Notes under the pieces: generated by a model
What the model saw: the letters and a program-made list of their open reading frames with translations, nothing else
What the model was told of the DNA's origin: nothing
Databases searched by the model: none
In this document: piece by piece, positions 59,954-64,000 of the stretch
Layout of the letters: each line of letters opens with the position of its first letter
Numbering within the stretch: position 1 is the first letter of the stretch
Position numbers and translations under genes: made by a program
Assembly (NCBI GenBank): GCA_963682135.1
Contig: OY821645.1
Span: forward strand, 960,001-1,024,000
Reading direction: 5' to 3'
Origin: Methanothrix sp.
GTDB taxonomy: Archaea; Halobacteriota; Methanosarcinia; Methanotrichales; Methanotrichaceae
Length of the DNA: 64,000 bases

Positions 59954-62323
59954 TTACCCTTTGTACTCCCCACCCACCAGCTCGCGAATGCGCTGCGCGA
60001 TCTTCGGACCCACCAGTTCTACCTCTTGCAACTGCTCAGATGAGGCGGTCATTATCTTCTCAACAGAACCGAAGTGCTTGAGCAGATTCCTGGCGACCAT
60101 TGGCCCAACACTGGAAATGGCCGATATTAAATACTCCTGCTGCTCTTTGAGCGTCCTGGCTGTCTTGTGGCCATGCACCTTGGGCTCGCGCCCCTCCCGC
60201 ATCTCTCTCTTAGCCAGCAGAGCGATAACCGAGGCCGTTTCATCCCGGTCTTCCGTGGGAATTATGGGGACGCCGTAGTTCACCGCCACAGAAATCATAG
60301 CTCCGCGAATAGATGCGACATTCATCTGCGAGGTGTAAAGATCCCTGCCCTCCAAAATCAAAACAGGCCGATCATAAGTCCTGGCCAGATCCGCCATCTG
60401 GCGAAATAAATTTCTCTGGGGATCGATGATCGAGGCCACAAAATCCTTTGCCGTTTTGCGTTCGATAGCCACTTTTTCACTGATCACATAGTCTCCTACT
60501 TCTAGATTCTTGACGGTGACATCGATTTTCAGAGACTCCAGAAGCTTTGCCATCTCCCTCTCCCTTGAGTCAACAAAGATTTTGGCGAGCATCTTGTCCG
60601 ACTCTTCCTCTACTTCTTGTTCATCATGCAGATATTTCTCGTCCATCTCAGCATGGCCGGCCGCCGCCTCAGTTATCTGAAGCTGCCGGGGGGAGAGCTC
60701 TCTTAGCATCGATTCCTGGCCGGGGCCGCTCAGACTGCGTATTTGCCGGTTCATGGTCTTTTCCTTGCGGTCTGAGATCCAGTAATAGGCCTCATCGCGC
60801 GTGCCCTTGGCCATTAATACTACGACTCTGCCGGCCCTTGCCCTGCCAGTCCTGCCTTTGCGCTGAATGCTGCGAATCTCGGAAGGCACCGGCTCATAAA
60901 AGATGACCAGATCGGTAGCAGGAATGTCGATGCCCTCTTCTCCCACAGATGTCGCAATGAGGACATTGAAATCACCTGCCCGAAATTTCTGCAGAATATC
61001 TGCCTGTTTTTTCTGGCTGAGCCCTTCATCATTCTCGCGGCTGGACTGACCTACGAATCGCACAGCCCGAATGGCATTATCATCTTTTAAGAACTGGAGA
61101 AGAGATGTGGCTGTGTCTCGATAGTTGGTAAAGACCATAATGCGAGCCTCTGGCTTCTCGGCAATCTGCTCTTGCAGTATTCTCAGCACGGCAGCAGGCT
61201 TGGGATGCTCTACTTTCAGGTTATGCAGTGATTCTACCACCTGCCTGAAACTCGGGTCCTGCATTATTCTGCGGGATGCTTTGGAACCGCTTCGCGAGAG
61301 GGCTTCCCCATCAAGCCGCTGAAAATATCTGGCCAGTGCATCCGGTCCCTGCGTCTCCGCCAGCTCTACCGCATGATGCAATTTGAGGATCTCGGCCATG
61401 AGTGATATGGCCGAAAATGTCGATTTATTGGCCTTGCTCTTGGCCGAGGACATGAGGGCGGCCTGCAGCCCAAGAAGCTCTTTCTTGGAGGACTTGGCAT
61501 CTATTCGGACGGAACTGACGCCCAGTAGGTTCAGATCATCGATTCTGCGAGAGAGCAACTCCTCTATGGCCGTGCGGATCTGCAGAAGCTCTTTGGGAAC
61601 TATAAGCTTCACCCATTCTATCTCCCGCTCGTGAACAAATGGTGCGACATCGGGATCATTTTCCGTGCGGGTCTGGATCGTCTCAATACGAAGGTTAGTA
61701 CAGATCTCAACGATCTTCTCGCTCTGGCTGCCGGGACTCGCGGTAATCCCCAGGACCAGAGGACTCTTCGCCTCGCGATGATAGCGATCGGCGATATATA
61801 CATAAGCATAGCTGCCCACTGCCCGATGCGCCTCGTCGAATATCACCAGGGAGACGTCCTCAAGGTCGATCCTTCGAGAGAGAAGATCGTTTTCGATCAC
61901 CTGTGGCGTGGAGACTACGATGCGGCTCTGCCCCCAGGATTCAATCCTTTTTTCCGGCGGGCTCTCTCCGGTCATCATGGTGACCTGATCATTATCTTTG
62001 AGCACGCGCTGCAAGAAAACCGCATGCTGCTCCACCAGTGGCTTGGTAGGAGCCAGAAAAAGAATCCGGCCCTTATCCATTCGAGCCAGAATCACCATGA
62101 GAGCTATGACGGTTTTGCCCAGGCCAGTGGGCACTACTACAAGACTGGAGGACTTGAGAGCGTTGGCGGCCAAATCCAACTGGAAGAGCCGCTTCTCCAC
62201 AGTTTGCGGCAATAGATGCACATGCTCCAGGAAAGAGGACATAAGAGATTCATTGCTACTTGTTGTATTTGATTGCATTGATTTCCAGAGAGATTGATCT
62301 ATCGATATGCATTTATTATTCAT
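59954..62323 (-). CDS. hef: Hef helicase-nuclease (FANCM-like SF2 plus ERCC4)
   Basis: PTGLGKT, DEAH, TASPG, QRKGRTGR; DSRE, GDY, ERK; HhH pairs. True start may be MSSF at about 62242. Confidence 0.95.
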   Translation of the reverse strand: MNNKCISIDQSLWKSMQSNTTSSNESLMSSFLEHVHLLPQTVEKRLFQLDLAANALKSSSLVVVPTGLGKTVIALMVILARMDKGRILFLAPTKPLVEQHAVFLQRVLKDNDQVTMMTGESPPEKRIESWGQSRIVVSTPQVIENDLLSRRIDLEDVSLVIFDEAHRAVGSYAYVYIADRYHREAKSPLVLGITASPGSQSEKIVEICTNLRIETIQTRTENDPDVAPFVHEREIEWVKLIVPKELLQIRTAIEELLSRRIDDLNLLGVSSVRIDAKSSKKELLGLQAALMSSAKSKANKSTFSAISLMAEILKLHHAVELAETQGPDALARYFQRLDGEALSRSGSKASRRIMQDPSFRQVVESLHNLKVEHPKPAAVLRILQEQIAEKPEARIMVFTNYRDTATSLLQFLKDDNAIRAVRFVGQSSRENDEGLSQKKQADILQKFRAGDFNVLIATSVGEEGIDIPATDLVIFYEPVPSEIRSIQRKGRTGRARAGRVVVLMAKGTRDEAYYWISDRKEKTMNRQIRSLSGPGQESMLRELSPRQLQITEAAAGHAEMDEKYLHDEQEVEEESDKMLAKIFVDSREREMAKLLESLKIDVTVKNLEVGDYVISEKVAIERKTAKDFVASIIDPQRNLFRQMADLARTYDRPVLILEGRDLYTSQMNVASIRGAMISVAVNYGVPIIPTEDRDETASVIALLAKREMREGREPKVHGHKTARTLKEQQEYLISAISSVGPMVARNLLKHFGSVEKIMTASSEQLQEVELVGPKIAQRIRELVGGEYKG

Positions 62324-62526
62324 AGTATATCATTTAAACTATACTAATTGCTCCCCCAAGCGCGGGAGAGCTATTCCTGAGTAGGAGGGAGATCACCCCC
62401 ATCAAGGTTGTTTTGAAGGATAAATTTATATAATATAAAAGTAAGAGATTGGTAGAAAGCTAAATCTCGCTTATTTAGCGAAATAGCTTAAATTAATCGC
62501 TTAAAAAAAAGGGGGCGAAAAGAAAA

Positions 62527-63378
62527 ATGAAGGGAGTAATAGTAGTAGCATTCATGCTTGCAATTGCCCTTATGGGAGGTTGCAGCATTGTGCTAGCTAA
62601 TCCACCACTGGTACCGCCAGTGCAGTATGAGCAGTTCTGTGAAGCACAAAAAGTATCCGGAACAGGAATTATCGATGTCAGCACATCGGTAATAGACAAA
62701 AAGATCGCACTTGAGTATTACAACACCATGGCAGGCGACGGCGACATGGAGCTTGATTCCGAGCATGCATACTCGCAGGACCCTGAGAAGCTTAAGAGAA
62801 ATATAACATCCGTTAATGGCGGAAACGAGTCCGGGTTGAATCTCTATGAGACCACCAAGCTGACCTATGCAGGCGAGACGCCTCTGACCGGCGGCAAATA
62901 TCTGCATTCCAAGGCATTCTACGGCGGCATAGGCGCCGATGTTCAGGAGATGTTCTCCGTCAATGAGATGGAAAAGGATGAGACGTCCTTCTTTGCCTCG
63001 ACGACGCCATATCGACCACAGAATGTGTCCCCTGATGGGACCGTAAATAAGGGTGCAATCGATCCCGAGAATCTGTTAAAGGATCAATTGCTGAAGAAAG
63101 CGGGCAGGGACACCACGACGGTTGAGAAGATGATGTCATCCTATGGTGAAAAGGATAAACCTTCGGTGTATATTCCGTCCCACTTGATCGGCATGGAAAC
63201 CAAGACCTCCTTCAATGGTACCTGGGGCACCGATGCCAAGTGGCACAAGATATTCTACAAGGATATCAAGGCCCACGAGATGTTCACAGGAACCTTCGAG
63301 GCCGAGAAGACCATAAAGTTCCATGAGAATCCCGTGCCGGATAATATCCATCCGCCATGTGATGGCATCGACTGCTAG
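62527..63378 (+). CDS. Secreted hypothetical protein
   Basis: Signal peptide, beta-rich, ends CDGIDC; strong upstream TATA TTTATATAA. Confidence 0.8.
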   Translation: MKGVIVVAFMLAIALMGGCSIVLANPPLVPPVQYEQFCEAQKVSGTGIIDVSTSVIDKKIALEYYNTMAGDGDMELDSEHAYSQDPEKLKRNITSVNGGNESGLNLYETTKLTYAGETPLTGGKYLHSKAFYGGIGADVQEMFSVNEMEKDETSFFASTTPYRPQNVSPDGTVNKGAIDPENLLKDQLLKKAGRDTTTVEKMMSSYGEKDKPSVYIPSHLIGMETKTSFNGTWGTDAKWHKIFYKDIKAHEMFTGTFEAEKTIKFHENPVPDNIHPPCDGIDC

Positions 63379-63392
63379 GAAATCCTGGCAGC

Positions 63393-63410
63393 CTTTTTTT
63401 TCTTTTTTTT
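63393..63410 (+). terminator. Poly-T archaeal terminator
   Basis: T-run (two blocks split by a C) 15 nt after the stop codon. Confidence 0.55.
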
Positions 63411-63424
63411 AGTGGGGGATAAGC

Positions 63425-64000
63425 ATGAAGAATCAAATGATCTGCATAATGATAATATTTGTTCTGATGAGCTGCCTGGTAGAGGCCACAGTCGAGGATT
63501 CAGGCACAGCTTCGGGGGATGTCTCGAGCAATATTTGGACGGGCCCCACATCGCCGACTTTGCCGACATATCTGCCCAGCCCATGTTCCGGAGATTCTGG
63601 AACCCTGGAAGTGAGCATCGGCTTTACCGGGCCAAAATTGGAGCAGGATAAATGGTATACAACCCCCGGCAAACCATTGGACTTCATGGTTACGATAAAT
63701 AACAATGGCATCACTCAGGTCGAGGCAGAGGCAAGTATCAAGCCGGAGAGCTGTCCTTTTGAATGGTTTAGCTGGACGACGACCACCGTGACCATTCCGG
63801 CAGGAGTCTCCCGCTCCGTTGCCCTGCAAGTTTTGCCGGATAGCAGCGCGATAGCTGGAGAATACGGATTCGAAGTGGAGGCTTCGGCCAAATGCCGCAG
63901 CTGCAAGCCACAACCTGCCGAATTCAAGGTTCAAGCATTCGACTATGCCTCAGAGACCTCTGTGAGCGGCTCGGGACAGTTTCAGATCAATAAAGACCTC
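63425..64000 (+). CDS. Secreted protein with Ig-like domain (runs off window end)
   Basis: Manual translation MKNQMICIMIIFVLMSCLVEA...VTINNNG...TIPAG...AGEYGFEVEA; open to the window edge. Confidence 0.75.
   Translation, partial: MKNQMICIMIIFVLMSCLVEATVEDSGTASGDVSSNIWTGPTSPTLPTYLPSPCSGDSGTLEVSIGFTGPKLEQDKWYTTPGKPLDFMVTINNNGITQVEAEASIKPESCPFEWFSWTTTTVTIPAGVSRSVALQVLPDSSAIAGEYGFEVEASAKCRSCKPQPAEFKVQAFDYASETSVSGSGQFQINKDL

Noticed and set aside
1-64000. CRISPR array or rRNA
   Set aside because: No regularly spaced short repeats and no rRNA-like sequence seen.

Overview
Archaeal chromosomal DNA from a methanogen, most likely Methanothrix/Methanotrichaceae (inferred from gene content and order, not proven). 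The housekeeping backbone holds rnhB (partial), initiator tRNA-Met, proC, cdc48, rtcA, rpoL-csl4, an argC-CBS-argJ-argH operon, hef, and the conserved rpl18e-rpl13-rps9-rpoN-tRNA-Pro-rpoK-rps2-MEMO1-mvk-ipk-fni-rnj-idsA superoperon. Accessory content includes a three-gene MazF/PemK toxin module, a non-autonomous tnpB IS200/IS605 element inserted into a ribosome-binding site, a bacterial-type RNB exonuclease, hgcC-like+arsM, vapBC, a duplicated 3' end of argH, an AT-rich TPR island, and a HEPN(stop-interrupted)-MTase-XhoI/PaeR7I-like defence islet. The main candidates for novelty are: (1) an fdhC-nfnA-fdhF-fdhF-nfnB locus with no F420-binding FdhB, suggesting a modular electron-bifurcating formate dehydrogenase; (2) a DUF3467-like/antitoxin/MazF triad resembling a toxin-antitoxin-chaperone system; (3) a 98-aa protein ending in a ribosomal-stalk-like tail; (4) a structured leader that sequesters the rpl18e Shine-Dalgarno; (5) a circularly permuted ABC substrate-binding protein; (6) an exact HSR1-type CTAAC-N5-GTTAG box at the cdc48 promoter. 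All family calls come from motif recognition by eye; no searches were run.
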